NCBI GenBank assembly: GCA_965655095.1
Contig: OZ296656.1
Coordinates: 13,144,001-13,208,000 of the forward strand
Direction: 5' to 3'
Source of the DNA: Haplodiscus bocki
Taxonomy: Eukaryota
DNA length: 64,000 nucleotides
Part shown: one piece after another, positions 21,825 through 36,140 of the stretch
Layout of the letters: each line of letters begins with the position of its first letter
Position numbering within the stretch: the first letter of the stretch is position 1
Made by a program: the position numbers and the translations under genes
Notes under the pieces: model-generated
The model's database searches: none
What the model was told of the DNA's origin: nothing
What the model saw: only the letters and a program-made list of their open reading frames with translations

Positions 21825-24800
21825 CTAAAATTCGACTTCATAGAAATATAAAACATACGCTTTTCGGAATGTATGAATTGTATGATTCAATTGCGCATAA
21901 TTAGCTTTGTTAGTAATAATCGCTAAGTATGTACAAATAATTCAGATGACCATTCATCAAGATTACAGCTGAATTTAATATTCTGACGCAAGTAAAACTA
22001 CTTCTTTCTGACGCAAGTAAAAGTAATCGTTTCAATGACATCATATTTAAATCAGGTTGAAAATCTAAATGAGTCATTTTGACTTGCAGACAAAAACTTG
22101 GAGAAAAACGTAAGCGCAACGCAATATCGCGCCGATGCTCAGAGATATTTTTGTATTTGTTTTTGACGAGAAAATGTTCCCGTTTTTGCAAAACATGCTA
22201 CCATCAGTGGCGCAGATTGTAATGTATCAAATGTAGTCCGAAATTTGTCAAAAGTAAATGTAGTATATTGTCCAGATGATAACAAAATTAGCAGCATCCG
22301 CAATGAGCATGGAAAAATCATTTTTCAAAGGAGCTGCTCCGCATTTTGGAAAACTGTCATTCCTACGTCGACTCTCTCTTATCAGACGAAAATTGCATTG
22401 TTGGAATACCTCTTCATTTACTTCCGCTTTGATCTGTTATCTGATGTGATTGTCTTAATAAACCCGTTTGCGATCCATTTTACCAATCGTCACAACATGT
22501 TCAAACGTTCTAAATCTTTTTCAATATCAAACAATTTGCGAATCGGCACCGCCCTTAAAGCCCAAAATGTGCATGGGGATCCATCAATTTTGTGAAATCG
22601 TGGCTTTTCGGACAAAAATTGCTACAAACACGTTTTATTCTCTGGCAAAATAATTGTCGCACAGCGCCCCAAACTTAGTAGAGGGATTTTTTTGGCATGA
22701 TATTTACAGTCTGAGAAAGTCATGATTTCAGAAATTTCTGATATCTTCGCCAAAAATAACAGGAATGTTTTTGTGCATATCAACTTTTTTTAGTCCCCGA
22801 GCATTTGAACAGTTCTTCGTCTAGACAGTCGAATAAAATACAAAACTCATTGTAATACTCGGGGTCTCTTCAAGTGCCAACAAAGAATAGGCCCCGTCGG
22901 AGTTTGAAACTCGAAGCACAAGATTTTGAAAAACTCTGAATTCGCTCATATTTTGAAGAACGGCATCTTCAATATTGTATCAGAGTGAACACAGGATCAT
23001 TCTCTTTAACAGGTACAGACAAATGACAACATATTCCGAAAATCCAAATTAACGCGGCAGCAGTAGTACGGGAATCGCCGGTCTTTCCTGTCAGGGAGGG
23101 GTCCACCAACTACCTAGGAACTACCCCCGTTGAAGGAAAAATTCCAATAATTGAGTATTACATTCTCTTATCGCATATTAAAAAAAACACATGATCTGAC
23201 TCCAGCTAAGTTTATTTCTATTGACCATACTTTTAAAATCTCACTCTTGCTATGTTTTCATTGATTGAAACGACTTACTATCTAAATTTGACAATTCTTC
23301 GAAGCATCTGACCGTAGAATCAACATTTTTCTGATCGGAGTGTCAACATTAAGTGGTGCGACGATTGACGGGTATAACGGCCCCAAACAGTAAAATTCAC
23401 TCAGAATGTCATTAGAAACAGTAACCGTAGAACAACTACGCCATGCATTCACGATCGGGGAAATTGGGTGTTGTGATGACGAGCTGTGACAAAACTAAGG
23501 CTTCAAAAAACAAAGGGTTCATGACGACTTAGCAATTCTAGAGACAAGGCAAGATATGATGGTCAAAGAGCTAGAGCTCGCGTGCCAGCTGAATGTAGGC
23601 ACAACGGAAAAAGCAATAGACATAGAGCGAGCCTCAATCCAAAACGATATGGAATCAGAAAGTGACTTTGAAATGAAGACTCAAACCAAAATCATATGAA
23701 TTGAACGACTATACGAAAAACTTGTTCCCCAACAACTGGACCTAAAATTTTACTGCCATGCCAAAAACAATCGTATTAAAGGAGCCAGATTTTGATCTAA
23801 CAAAGTTTTCAAGGAAGAAATTGCATCCCATTCCATGATCATTTCAAGCCCGCTATAGATAAGAATGATGCTATCTCAGACATCTAGAATTCGACTCATC
23901 TCAAGGCATGCTGGAAAGACGAGGCCGCTAATGTGCCAGCACACATTCCCCTAACAGCATGTAACTACAAAATTGGACTCAAGCTGTCGGAGGATCATTA
24001 TTCGAACAGAAGATTGATCCTAAAGGCACATCTGGACGCAATTTTAGAGGACCCACTTGTCTTTTTCAATCGTCAGAGGATCTTCGTTGCTTGTAGTTGA
24101 CCCTGGATGAAAATTAGAAGCAAGGAAAATTGACAAAAGTCTGACTGCTACGTTTGTTTTCAAACACTTCACGAAAAGCTGGACCCAGTGTCAAGAAGGC
24201 AATGGGAGTTGGACCTTGGTGACTACACTCGGCAGTATTAGTAGAGGATTAGCCAGTCTTTCCTTTTACGGAGGTGCCCTTAAAGGTCCGAGGAAGGACC
24301 TCCTGTTAAAAGAACGGCCATTTTCCTTATTACACTGAACGCAAAATAAAATAGTTGAATAATTGAAAGTTAGTGACAGAGATAATCCGAGTATATTAAA
24401 CTTATGGCAATTAGAACGCTAAAATTTCGGCACTTCGATGATTTTACTTTTTTGTGACAATTTTTCTCTAATTATTGATTGTATAAGACGGAAAAATAAA
24501 CACAGAGGCAGAGAAGCTGTGCTTCGCAACAGTTGCGCTAACGGAAAACTAGTGAAATTATAGAACATGTATAACTGATTCTTAAAAGGGCCACAGTACG
24601 ACACAGGCCAATTGAACAATTAGACAAATTTATATATCCAAGTTGTCACAAATTCATAAATAAGTGTAACAAGTACGATTGACTACAGCAGCTAATTCGC
24701 CTTATTATTTTCAATTGTAATATATTTCTCAGAAAACAGACTTTTTTCAGAAATTTTCCTACTCGGAGTGAACATGATCACGTTTTTTTTGAAACCCAAA

Positions 24801-26602
24801 ATGTTACTCTGGACACGTAGAATTCTGTTTTGACGACTCTGCCGAAAAATTTTCACTGAAAGTCCGAGAAAAAATTCCAGAAAACCTTCCTCTGGACACC
24901 TAGTAGGTAGTTTTGACAAAACCTTTTCTTAAAAGCCATTATTGTGGGTGCAGTCCGTTAATTTCTGATAATTTTCTTTGCAATAGAAATTCAAGAACTG
25001 ACCTAGTTTAGCCCAATTCAACGAAAGTTGTCATATTAAAGGTCGTTTCGTTCCACACGTAAGACTCCAAACTGCGAGACTTTTCACAGGTTTAACGAGA
25101 CGCTGTACTATCACAAACTGAACTTTGATTGTAGTCCGACACTTTTCCGATCTTTTTTTTCGGCGGAGGAAACTTGAAAACTGAGCTAATTTCGTCATCT
25201 TGAATACGATATTTGTCATAATAAAAGTCAATTGTTTCCCCACGTGGGGCTCTAAAATGCCTGAATTTTGTACAGGCACAACGAAGATACTGTTCCACTC
25301 CATACTAAATTTTCGTTTCAGTCTTATATTTTTCAATTGTTTTTTTTTCCTGCGAAGGAGTATTGAAATCTGGCAAATTTCACGTACTTTGACGATAATT
25401 TTAAGCTTTTAAGTCGTTAAGCTAAGGTAATTTTACGCATTTCCGTATCTAAGGCTCCAATTTCACTCAATACCGTCAGCCTTTACCATAGGACTCTTTT
25501 CTTCTTATACTAAACTTCAGTTGCGGTCTGGTAATTTTTCCGTTTTTCTGCAAAAGAATCTTGAAAGTGGAGCTTTTTTGGGCAATTCGAAGATGTCTGT
25601 GAGTTTCAATCTTTTAAGTTGACACCTAGCTCCTCAATTTACCTCAATTTTGAACAACCACAACAAGAAATCTCAAATCTATCAGATGGCTAAATTTAGC
25701 TGCAGTGGCGAAGTCTTTCGATAGGTACTATACGAACACACATTGAAAACCGAGCTTTTAAAACATTTTCGTCAACTTTTAGTCATTTGTACTAGAAGCA
25801 AGACCAAAAACCATTAGTTTGCAATGGCGTAGCAAGAAGTCACGAATCAATAATCGATCACATTTTAGTTGCTGAGAGATTTTTTCTCGTTGGGGTTTAA
25901 TTCGGAAGAAATTGAAAATCGAGCTTATTTTGGTGTTCCAAAAATAGTTGTCAATTTGCAGTCTTTTGTCTTGGCACCTACGTCTTCAACTTCCTCGAAG
26001 AATGTATCAGCTTTAATCAAAGACTCCCATTTATAAGATAGTAGATTTTCGTTTCGGTGTTAATGTTTCTCGATGGGTTTTTTCTGCAAAAAAATTGACG
26101 GTCATTTGCTTGAATTTCTTTTGTCAAATTGAAGTCTTATATACCGGAAATAATTCCAAGAATGAACCTTTTGCACAAGATTAATGGACTTATATTATTT
26201 TGTGGATGTTCAAACTCAATCTTTAAAATTTCTAGCGCAAGTGTAATAAATAATTATCATAAACTAATTATAATGGAAAATTACAAATTAAATTAAAGCA
26301 AAAAAAGTGGCCTAAATTCATCCGACAAGGTGTCAATCGAAAACCCCTTGTTGCATGATCGATCAATCATTTCGACACCCCTTTGACGGAAAAGATCACA
26401 GTCTGACTGCGCCTTTTGTGTTTAATTAAAACAAGCGAGAACGCTGGAAAACAGGCCACGTGAAATTTCTGCAACTGAGAAAATTTTTTGCAAGAAAGCG
26501 AGAACACATGAACGAAAACCAGACAACAATAGAATTTAGGTACAAATGTGAGCTGAGAAAGGATCGGAGAAGTGCGCAAAAAAACCTGTAACATTACGCT
26601 TG

Positions 26603-29165
26603 TAGTAGTAGAGTCTTTAGGGCTTGAGCCCATGGGTTTTCATTCATTATTTTCCAAATTGGCACGAGTTTGTCAGTTTTGAGTGTATATTGCAATCTCC
26701 GCAGTGACAGTATAATCTCCAAATGCACATGACATTCTCGTTGAAATGGTTTCGGAAGCAGTGCCAATAATTTGCAGTGAACGTTTTCTTATTCATCAAC
26801 GTTTCAATTCTCTTGAATAGGTGGCGTCTCAATGTTGAATAAGACAGCTGCACGAACACTGAAGTTTTCGTCACATCTCTTCAGGGATGATAAATTCATT
26901 TAGCGCTGTCTGACTAGTTCTCGAACCTGTAGCGGTTGATAAGGCCTTACAAGTGTCGATGTTGTACTTGCCTTCGATCACTTACATGAGGAAAAGAAGG
27001 TCATGAAGTTCAAAGTACATCGACAGAGGCAGTAATTTCGATGCAAGGAGGCGATCTTTATAGGACAGGACAGACGTACATAGAATCCAGGTACTTGCTC
27101 GTCTTTGCAACCTTTCTATTTCCTTCATATCACTTTTACTGGGGTACCAGCCTAGACTAGCATAACTGAATATGGGAACCACAGAGCCAAGATAAACGTT
27201 TAAATTTGTTGGCTCAGCAACAGTGGGAAAAATATTTCTCTTCACAAAACAGAATCTACGGCAGCCTTTCTGAAATCTTGTTTCACAGTTAATCGACCAT
27301 GAGAGCGATGAGTTGATCGTAACACCCAGATCACGTTGATTCTTTACAATCTGTAAGGGGGACAAAATTCAGCTTCGCCCTTGAAGTTTACAATGCTGCA
27401 TTCGTTTGTGCTCAATTGCATTCTATTGTCTACATACCATTTTTGAATCACCGCAATGTCTTTCTGCATTCCAAGTCGATTAGTCGATAATCGTTTTTAA
27501 TCATCGGCGTAGCCGAACGGCTCGCAGCTACTCAGTGAATCGCAGATGTCGTTAACATAGTAGGGGACGTACTATGAAACCAGGAGGAACCCCGTTTGCT
27601 ACTTTTATTGAATTTGAGACGCAATCGCCGATACGGACTTGCTGTTACTTTTGGAGGAGATAACTTTGTTTCAACCTCAAGGATTTGTCTCCGATACCCA
27701 TGGCAAAAAGTTTGTCGACCACCTTTTGATGTGGGACGCAGTCAAAAGCCTTCTTGAAATCTAAGTTAAGGACAGAGAGGTTCTCAACGGCTGCGTTTAG
27801 GGGTTTGTAGATATCATCAAGCTACAGAAGTAGTTGTATCACGGCAGACCTATCTTTGCGGAAACCGAATTGGGAGTCAACCAATTGGAGGAAACAAATT
27901 CGTAAAGATCATCAAAGACTATTCTTTCAAATATCTTTGACACGTTCGTCAGTATATTGATTGGGCGATAGTTTTCTATTTGCCTTCTGTTACCATCTTT
28001 ATTCAATGGTACCACTTCAATGGCTTTCCAAGCAGTGGGAAATTCTCCTTCGTTCAAGCACCTTTGATAAGGCAGAAGTAGGAATTTGGACAAAACAGTT
28101 GCACTTTTCAGAAACACGTTTCCAACGTTGTCTGGTCCCCGAGCTTTTCTTATTCGTAGGGCATTTAGGCAATTCAATATTTGGTTCTCGGTGACTGACA
28201 TTCTGCTGAAAGCTGATGGAGGTGACTCCTCTAACTTTATAATTTGCCAAGAAAAGTTAAAGACGCTACCAATAAACTTGTTGAATAATGTTGCTTTGCC
28301 GAGGGCCTCTTCTGCTTCTTCGTTGTTGAAAAGCATTACAGATGGTAAAGGGGGCGTTTGTGGAGACATCTCAGGTATCCTTGTGTTGACGAAACCCTCT
28401 GCTTCTAAAGAGTTTGTCTTCGAAGGCTGTTATATCTTCCAATAATCGCGCTCGAATGGTTTTCTATTGCCTCTTGACTTTAAGTAAAAGTGACAGTGCG
28501 ACTCTGCAGTTTTTTCTTGAGAGTTTTCAGCTTCTTGATCTCATGTGAGGTGGGACTAGTGACCCAAGGAGGGAGCGTCGAACGATGTTGAGTTACACGA
28601 GGCACGTTCTCATATACTTCGTTTATCCGGTCGCACCATAATCTCAGTAGCTCGTTGACATTACTAAAGCAGTATGGTTGGAACGGATTTTGGACAATGT
28701 AAAGATTTAGTTGATGCCAGTCAACTTTTTTGAAGCAGTTCTTTGGCCTAGGTTTTGTCTTTTGGGCATGGAAGCACAGGTCAATGTAGACGGAATATGA
28801 AACATAGTCAGAGCAAGGTTTTCCATGTATTGAGTAATCGTTAGTCATTCCAACATGTTCAGATGCAGCACTAACGATGTTTGGGTTATTTGACAAGAAG
28901 ACATCCAACTGTTTTGGTGCCCCAGTATGAAGAAACTCCTCAAGGCCCATATCCAGGAAAACTTTCAGTATTTACTCTTCCTAAAAGTCGGTGGAGTTTA
29001 GAGAGTTCCCATTGGTTTGTTCAGATTCAAGTCACCAGTGAGAAAGAGTAAAGAAGGAGTATGACATTGCGCATATGTGTTCATAGAAGTCAAAAGTTTC
29101 ATGAAATCTGTGGGAGGCATCCTATCGTCACTTCGAGCAGGTGGATTGTAGTATAACATTAGAAA
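26603..29165 (-). mobile_element. 5'-truncated CR1/L2-type LINE in the MBLAC1 intron, decayed
   Basis: YNPP and TGDLNL (endonuclease), GPDNVG, NYRPINIL, DFKKAFD, GYADD (~27500), QRDLGV; (TAC)3 tail at 26603-26611. Confidence 0.9.
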
Positions 29166-29476
29166 GTAGGCACAAAATTAGAATGTAGGCACAAATGTGA
29201 GCTGAGAACGGATCGGAGAAGTGCGCAAAAAAACCTGTAACAATACGCTTGCGCAAGTGTAACCATTTATTGCATGAAGACAAGACTTTAGAGTATGGGC
29301 ACTCAGGGGTTTTCCCGTCCATTTTTTTCAATGAGTCGATTTTCCTTCTTTGAACTTTAAGGCCCTTTACTTGATGAAATGGTTTCGGGTAAAATTTCAT
29401 TCGAAAAATGATATTTACCATTTGTGTAAAATCATCACGGCTCATACATTTTCGAAAAATCCACTAATTAACATAC

Positions 29477-29809
29477 CCGATAGTCGTTACTTCTCAAATC
29501 AAAATTCTCATAAACATTTTTTGTCGCAATATCACATCCCACTATCATCTTTGATTCTTGGAACAAGTTGATATTGCCGATATGATCAATGTGTCCATGC
29601 GTACCGAAAACCCAATCAATTTGAAGAGGATTAACTTTTTTCTGTGCGAGCTTCTCCAAGAGTCCATCACGGTCCCATGGACTCCCAGTATCGATGACTG
29701 CATGAAACTTTGCCGACCTCAGCAAGCTAATTGTCCCAGAAGCCTCAAGGCTATCGCCCAAGCATTTTGAGTAGCCGATTTGTAGAGCAGCAAAATCCAT
29801 TTTCACCAT
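29477..29809 (-). CDS. MBLAC1: MBLAC1-like metallo-beta-lactamase, exon 1
   Basis: ATG 29809; VIDTGSPWDRD, THGHIDHIGNINLF (HxHxDH); phase-0 donor CGG|GTATGT at 29477/29476. Spliced product 209 aa, intron 7652 bp. Confidence 0.9.
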
Positions 29810-30479
29810 CCATTAGTTCATCACTGAAAAACAGGGATTCCGCAAAAAAAAGCAGGAAAATAAATAATGGCCATAAAAGTTTTACTTTTGTATATTTTCG
29901 CTCAAATTATTTAATTGGGAAACATTTTATGGCATCTATTTACGTGAAGATGAAGTTAATATACTAATGTGCTTTGTTTCATACAACATCGAAAAATAGT
30001 TTTCAAAAAAACACTAGGACCGTCCAAACGCTCAAGTTGGTTTGTCGAAGGATGACAGCCAACCAAGTCATTAGAAATGGAGAACATCAACGGAATATTA
30101 CGTCGGCTATTAGTTGACCCGAGTATTTGCTTCTAAGTTCTCCAATATTTTCGAGAAGTATAAGGAGACATATTAACTTTAACAATCGGTTCGTCAATGG
30201 CAATCAAAAAATTGAGTAATCGAGCACAACGCCGAATTTTTTACCAGAGCATTGGTCTCTGTACGTACCTTCCCGAGTCAAAACTTCACACTTCTAAATA
30301 ATTCGATTTTCATGCAAAGGAACTCAGAAAACCACAATAATGCTCACCTCACCTCAGTGGAACATTCATGTAAACTTGCAGATTTCCAATGCATGAAGCT
30401 CATTCAACTTAAGCATTCCACTTTGTTGAGTAAACCAGTGAAAAACTTTTTGTTCCCGGAATATATCGGTCATTAAAAT

Positions 30480-31280
30480 CATTCCTGAGCTTTTATAAAT
30501 CGGCAGGAGTGAGTTTTTAGTGGTGCACTCGTAAATCAAAATTCTACAGTAGTGAGAGTAGTAGGGCCTTTGTGGTTACTTGGGCGTCCACAAGTGGCTG
30601 TGAATTCATATTGTCTACTTGTTTCGGCAAATTTTGAAATTTCAGTCGCACGCTATGCTCAAGGTTTTTATTCCGTTCTCAAAGTTTTGTTACTCCAGAA
30701 AATTTCCAGCAGTCTGTTTGAACCATCACTCCAGCGCAAGTCGACGCCTATTATAGTTGCGAGACCGACACGTGTGACAGGAAAAGTTGTCGACTGTTTT
30801 TTTGGAGTCGCTGTGCCTGAAACATAGTTTTAGGTAGAATCTTGGTAAGCAAGCATGTTTAATGATTCTACAGCATCCTCTGGTCTGTGGGAAAAAACGA
30901 CGAAGGTCAAGACTCAGAATACGGAGTAACTTTTCTGATATCACTAGAAAGGAAGACTTTTGCCAAAAAAAAACTTGAAAAAGGTTGTGAGATCAATTCA
31001 GAGAGAATCGTTTGAGGTTCAAAAAAAACAGAGACAGGGCACCGAAGCAGCCTAAATATCCCATAAGACCGAGAACGTTGCTCAAAACTCACACTTACCT
31101 GGGAATAATTATAGTTTTGTTTAACTGATCCATCGAAACTCAAGGAAAGCTGCCTTTAAAAAAATAATCAAGGTTGATACTGACAAAAACCGACAGTGAC
31201 TTTGCAAAAGACGTCGATCTCGAAAGCCGGTTTGTTTATGGGTTATCACTGATCATAAGTTACTCGTTCGAGGGATGAAA
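30480..31280 (-). mobile_element. Old LINE RT fragment
   Basis: ILSELISQPFSS..VFLSSDIRKVTP resembles the RT-N 'FP..K.AKVTP' block; DNA blocks shared with ~36870-37010 and ~37565. Confidence 0.45.
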
Positions 31281-32115
31281 ACTCGTAACACAGATTTCAC
31301 TGCAATGAGGTGTCAGTGATTTTTACTGTATGACACCATGATGAGTCCCAGCTGTGTTGTTTACTTTCGATTGTTATGTCTGTTCTAATTTTTTTTCAGA
31401 GTTCTGAGGACCGTTATAGTTCCATATCAACCGGAAACTTTGTTCTAACGGACTTTGATCTTTTCGAGGCGTTTCTCGTGTATTAGATAGTAACTACTAT
31501 GAATTTGTTGCTTTTCTGCACAGGTTCGTCCGTTCTTTGGAAAGTAATTGGTCTCTGATACTGTACAAGACAAAAACTTCGTTTTTCATTCTCCATTTTG
31601 TAGTTTTGCCGGGTCTGACACAATTTGTTGCCCCTAAGTCGTCAACCGATGTTTTGCAACATAGTTCAGGAGAATGGAAAGAGGAATGTCCAGAAGTTTC
31701 CAGAAAAGACGAATGAAGCTTGACGACGAGGAAATTTTAGTGATTGAATTCAGATGAGAAAAGGAGTGAATTCTGATGGAGAGTAAATTCGGATGAGAGG
31801 AGAATTTGATGACCCTTGGCAACACTAGAGCGTCTTCTGGAATGTTGGAAAAAAAAGGTGAACAAATTATTTCGAGTAAAATGCCGAAGAACTAATTTAA
31901 TGTTAGAAGACTGGAATATTCTTCCTATTGAAATAATTCGAGAAAAGCTTGTCTATTGAATTCAGAGAAAATATTTCGGGTGTTTTGAGTCAGTGAAGAC
32001 AAATGTCCGGCATCTCACTCTGCCTAAGTATAATAACAATAATAATTGGTTTCTCCAACGGAAGGGTATTGAGCCCACGCAAAAACCAGTTACTTCATGA
32101 CGAGCAGGTTCGACA

Positions 32116-34990
32116 TTAACAATTGAGTCGCCAAGAGCACAGGTTTTCTTCACAAAAGATGTTGATGAAGAACTTCCAGTGATAATCTTGGATACCTTCT
32201 TTCACGTAGCACAATTCTTGTAAATTTGCAGTTCTTGATAATCTTCGGTGAAGTTGAAGAGTTCTGTACCAAAAATTGTCTTTGCTTTTGCTCCTCCTTA
32301 TTTTTGGTAAATGAAACGGGGATGATGTTGTTGTTCTCAGGGCGCTTTTTTCAATAGGGGTGATGTGCCTTTTCCAGTCGAAGTTGTATTGATCAGCTAC
32401 TATTTTACAGGTTAGTAAATAGTGCATTTCGATGTATAAATAAATTCACAACAGCTTCAGTTGGATCAAGCGGGTTTTGTAGTCTACTTGAGATGTTCTG
32501 CAAATCCATTTCGTTACTCTCTTCTGTACCAGTTCGACTTCTTTCCTGGATGTCCTGTTTGCATGCCAGACTTGAGAACAGTGTGTCAAAAATGGTACGA
32601 CATACCCACATTACATATTTAGGCGTGAACACAACGAACTCAATAGTGAGGTGTTCCCTTTTAGATTGAAAAAGGCTCGATAGGCTTTGTTGCATCTAGT
32701 CTTTGTTTGTTCAAACCACGAGAGGTCTTCCGAAAATACGACACCGATGTTTCGCTCGAATGGAGATGTTTGGAGGTTTACGTTCTTCGCTCTGAATTTT
32801 TGGGAGTCATCGCCGTGGAACATCATCAAAAGAGTTTTTTCAACATTGATTTCCACTTTGTTCTGGTCGCACCACTGGACAAATCGATCAAAATCTTCTT
32901 GTATTTCCATCGGGTTGGAAGACATGATATTGGTGTCATCGGCGCACATGTCGATGCTACTGGTGGTAACGACTTTTGGTGGACTGTTCCAGAAAACAAG
33001 GAAGAGGAGTGGGCCCAAAATTAATCCCTGCGGGACTCCACTGGTTACTGGTAATTCCGGTGATTTCTTTGTTCCAACTTTCACAGGTTGCATTCGATTG
33101 TCCAGAAAACTTCTCACAATGTCAACTGTCTTATTTGGAACTCCAGTTGCGTGTAGAGCTTCCAGGATGCGTTTATGGTCCAGCTTGTCAAAAGCTTTGG
33201 CAACGTCATTGTACACCGTTGCAAGGAATTTTGTCGGAGAGTCCAGGGTTCTGTAAATTTCATCTGTGTACGCTAAGAGTTGCAAGAGTTTGGAACGCTT
33301 CGGAACAAAACCGTACTGACTTGGGTGAACTTTCGAAAGAAATATTTCAGCAATGGTTTTCTCGATCATTTTCTCCCAAACTTTGTATATGTTACAGAGG
33401 AGTGATATTGGTCTATTTTTCTGTACCAGTGATCGATCCGTATCTTCAAAAATTGGAGTTATTTCCAACTTTTTCCAGAAGGTGGGAAAGCATCGTTTAT
33501 TATAGAAAGTTCTAAAGATAACGGATAGAGAATTTGCAAGAGATTCAGAACATTTGTTGAGCATAATGTTCGGTAGATTGTCCGGTCCACAGGCTTTTTG
33601 GGGCTTGAAGTTTTGAAGTAGATTTGTAATGTTGTCATTTGAGAAATGTGGTTCTATCGATTGGTCTACCAATATCGCAGGTATTTCGTTAAAGTCGGCA
33701 GTACATTCATCTTCACGGTCGTTAGATTTCGAAAAGACACTACAGAAGAAAGTATTAAAATGAACGCTCTTCTCTTCGTCAGTGTTAGCTGTTGAGTTCT
33801 CATGGTAAATTTCGGTCGGTATGGGATCAGGCCGACGAATATAGCGTAGGTATTTTTGGATCGTGCTAAATTGTCATGATTTAAAAATACTTTCTTCGTA
33901 TAGCATGAGATCTTCGTTGATCTTTGAGGCCACCAGGTCTTCTAGACTTCCAACTTTGTTTCGTAGTGCAGGCAATGGTTCAGAATTCAATTTGCGTTGT
34001 AGAGACTTCAGTTTTCTGATGACGCAAGATGTTGTTGATGTGACCCAGATTGGGAGACTGCTTCTATGATTAGTACGTATGGGAATTGTGGCAAGCATGA
34101 TTTCATGAAGCCACTCATACCACGTTTTCAAAAGTTTGTCGCAATTACTATAGCAGTATGGAAAGAAGGGGTTTTCAATGATGTACTTGTTGACCTTGTT
34201 GAAATCCACTCTTGAGTAGGAAAATGCGTGAGTCTGGGTTGTTTTAACAGAAGGAGTTTGCATATCGAAGAAAATTGAGAAAGGTTCATGATCAAAGCGA
34301 AAGCGTCCATTAAGAAAAGCACTTTTGCTTAAAAAGGTATTGCTAAACCATCGAACTACTTTTTCTGGATTTTCAGCAGGCAAATATCAAGTGAGCCGCT
34401 TGTTGTTTTCCTTAGAATTTGTTCGAAGCCGCTGTTCACGAACATTCCAGCAATGGAGTTTTCATTGTCACTCGTGCTTGAGAAACTGTACCAATCAGTT
34501 AACGCGAGTTTGATGTCTCCAGTGACGATGATTTCTGCTTTGTAGTACTGTTGTTGAACCTTGTCAATTTCTTGCAGTAAGTGGGTAAATTTACTGCTAG
34601 CCCATCGATAAGGACTATTTTCAGGGGGACAGTAAACCGATAAAACTAAAAGATGAACTGAACAAAAATGGCAGACAATGCCCACAACGTCTTCAAAAAC
34701 GTTGAACTCGGTAATTTCTTTGCAGGGTGTCGAGCTGTCGACGGCAATTAGTACGCCACCGTGACTCGATTTCCCGGTTCTGTTAGGTTGTCAATCACGA
34801 CGGAATATTGACTGGTCTCCAAGAAATAGGCCACTGTTTGGTATTGTGTCTACTAGCCAAGTTTCGTACAGGCAAATGATGTGGAATTGTTGCAAGGCAA
34901 GTGCATTTGTTAAAACTGTTCGTCGATTCAAATCGACCATACTTCTAACATTCCACATCAGTAGGTGTACTTGCGTTTCGTGACTGTCCG
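32116..34990 (-). pseudogene. LINE ORF2 (APE endonuclease + reverse transcriptase), multiple frameshifts
   Basis: WNVRSM, LYETWL, HGGVLIAV, YCPP, TGDIKL, LDICL, DH; RT GPDNLP, RPISLL, QYGF, DVAKAFD, SGVPQG..GPLLF, CADD. Confidence 0.93.
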
Positions 34991-35839
34991 CCACGTTGTC
35001 GTAAACCTCTTCCCAAATCCCTTGGTCATTTTGCATCTCAAGTTTGAGATTTCGGATTCGAATCTTCTCCCTAGGAACTCCTTGATCGATTTTATTTTTC
35101 TCATTCGCAGTGAACCGTTTTCAGTTTTTAGTTCTTCGATTGTAAGCTCCTTCGAGAGAAACACTGGTCCCGACAACTCTCGGTAATTCTTCATTTCTCG
35201 TGAGGCCTTCAACAGAAGTGTACGACACGCTTCGTTATCGACATGTACTATCAGAGTTCGTCGCTTGGGACTGAGGTCTTTGAATTGGCCAACTCTTCTT
35301 AGGCTTTTGACATTGCACTTCTTTCCGGCAAGAAACTCGGAGACAGATTCTACTTTCTCCATGTCTTTCGTGAACGCTTTGTCAGGAAGAATGCCAGGCA
35401 TTTCAGGAATGCCTCGTAGTCGAAGGCCTCTGGGTCCTGCAACCTTTGTTTCAAATGCTTTCACTTGAACAGGCTGTTCTAGCTCCGAGGCAATGTCTTT
35501 AGTTTCTTTTTTCAGAGCCACAACAGATGCGTACGTGTCGCTAACGTTCATTTTGTACTCGTCGAGTTTGTCTTGTATTGCTTGCAGTTTGTGGTTGTTT
35601 TCTTCTTCGAGGCGGCTCATTCTGGTGGCGTAGACGTCTTGAATCAGCGTTTCGCGTTTATTTTCAGCGAACAAATTGCAAAGGAAGAGCACGTTTCTTG
35701 TCAGTTCTTGAAAATTTTTGACAACTGAAGCTGAGAAACCAGTACATTCTGGCGTCATGTGGAGTACTACACCACAAGAAAAGCACCAAAAGCGTTGTGT
35801 TCCAGATACTTTCTCATCGCAAGTTTTGCATGTGGTCAT
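34958..35839 (-). CDS. LINE ORF1: PHD finger, coiled coil, RRM-like domain
   Basis: CxxC..CxxC..H..C..C N-terminus, heptad-rich middle, LRLRGIPE..RRVG..R.LIV..VFLSKELT; C-terminus probably frameshifted. Confidence 0.85.
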   Translation of the reverse strand: MTTCKTCDEKVSGTQRFWCFSCGVVLHMTPECTGFSASVVKNFQELTRNVLFLCNLFAENKRETLIQDVYATRMSRLEEENNHKLQAIQDKLDEYKMNVSDTYASVVALKKETKDIASELEQPVQVKAFETKVAGPRGLRLRGIPEMPGILPDKAFTKDMEKVESVSEFLAGKKCNVKSLRRVGQFKDLSPKRRTLIVHVDNEACRTLLLKASREMKNYRELSGPVFLSKELTIEELKTENGSLRMRKIKSIKEFLGRRFESEISNLRCKMTKGFGKRFTTTWRTVTKRKYTY

Positions 35840-36140
35840 GCCACGTTTGCGGGTTTCTGATGGACTGATTCTTTGAGCTCCCAGCCACCAAGCAAAGTCC
35901 GTGATAATTAAATCTCAGGAGTCACGAGGAAATCAAGAGAACAAAGTTTCCAAACCTGTAGACTTTTCTCGGGTCCCAAGCAACGTCCGAGATAATTAAA
36001 TCTCAGGGGTCACGAGGAAAACGGGAAAGGAATGTTTCAAGAACTGTGCACGTGATAAAGGCGTTACGTTCAGTTTTGTCCGTTTTGGTTTATTCGCTGC
36101 TTCAAGGAGGGTTTGTTCTCACAGCTTTTGGAGCGGGTTT

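Noticed and set aside
22885-22930. Possible tRNA 3' half on the minus strand
   Set aside because: Only a weak B-box-like word; no cloverleaf could be built.
21528-29809. Horizontally acquired beta-lactamase resistance gene
   Set aside because: Has a spliceosomal intron and MBLAC1-type motifs; an ordinary animal gene.
32687-33515. Long + strand ORFs opposite the LINE RT
   Set aside because: Antisense shadows of a coding region; no independent motifs.
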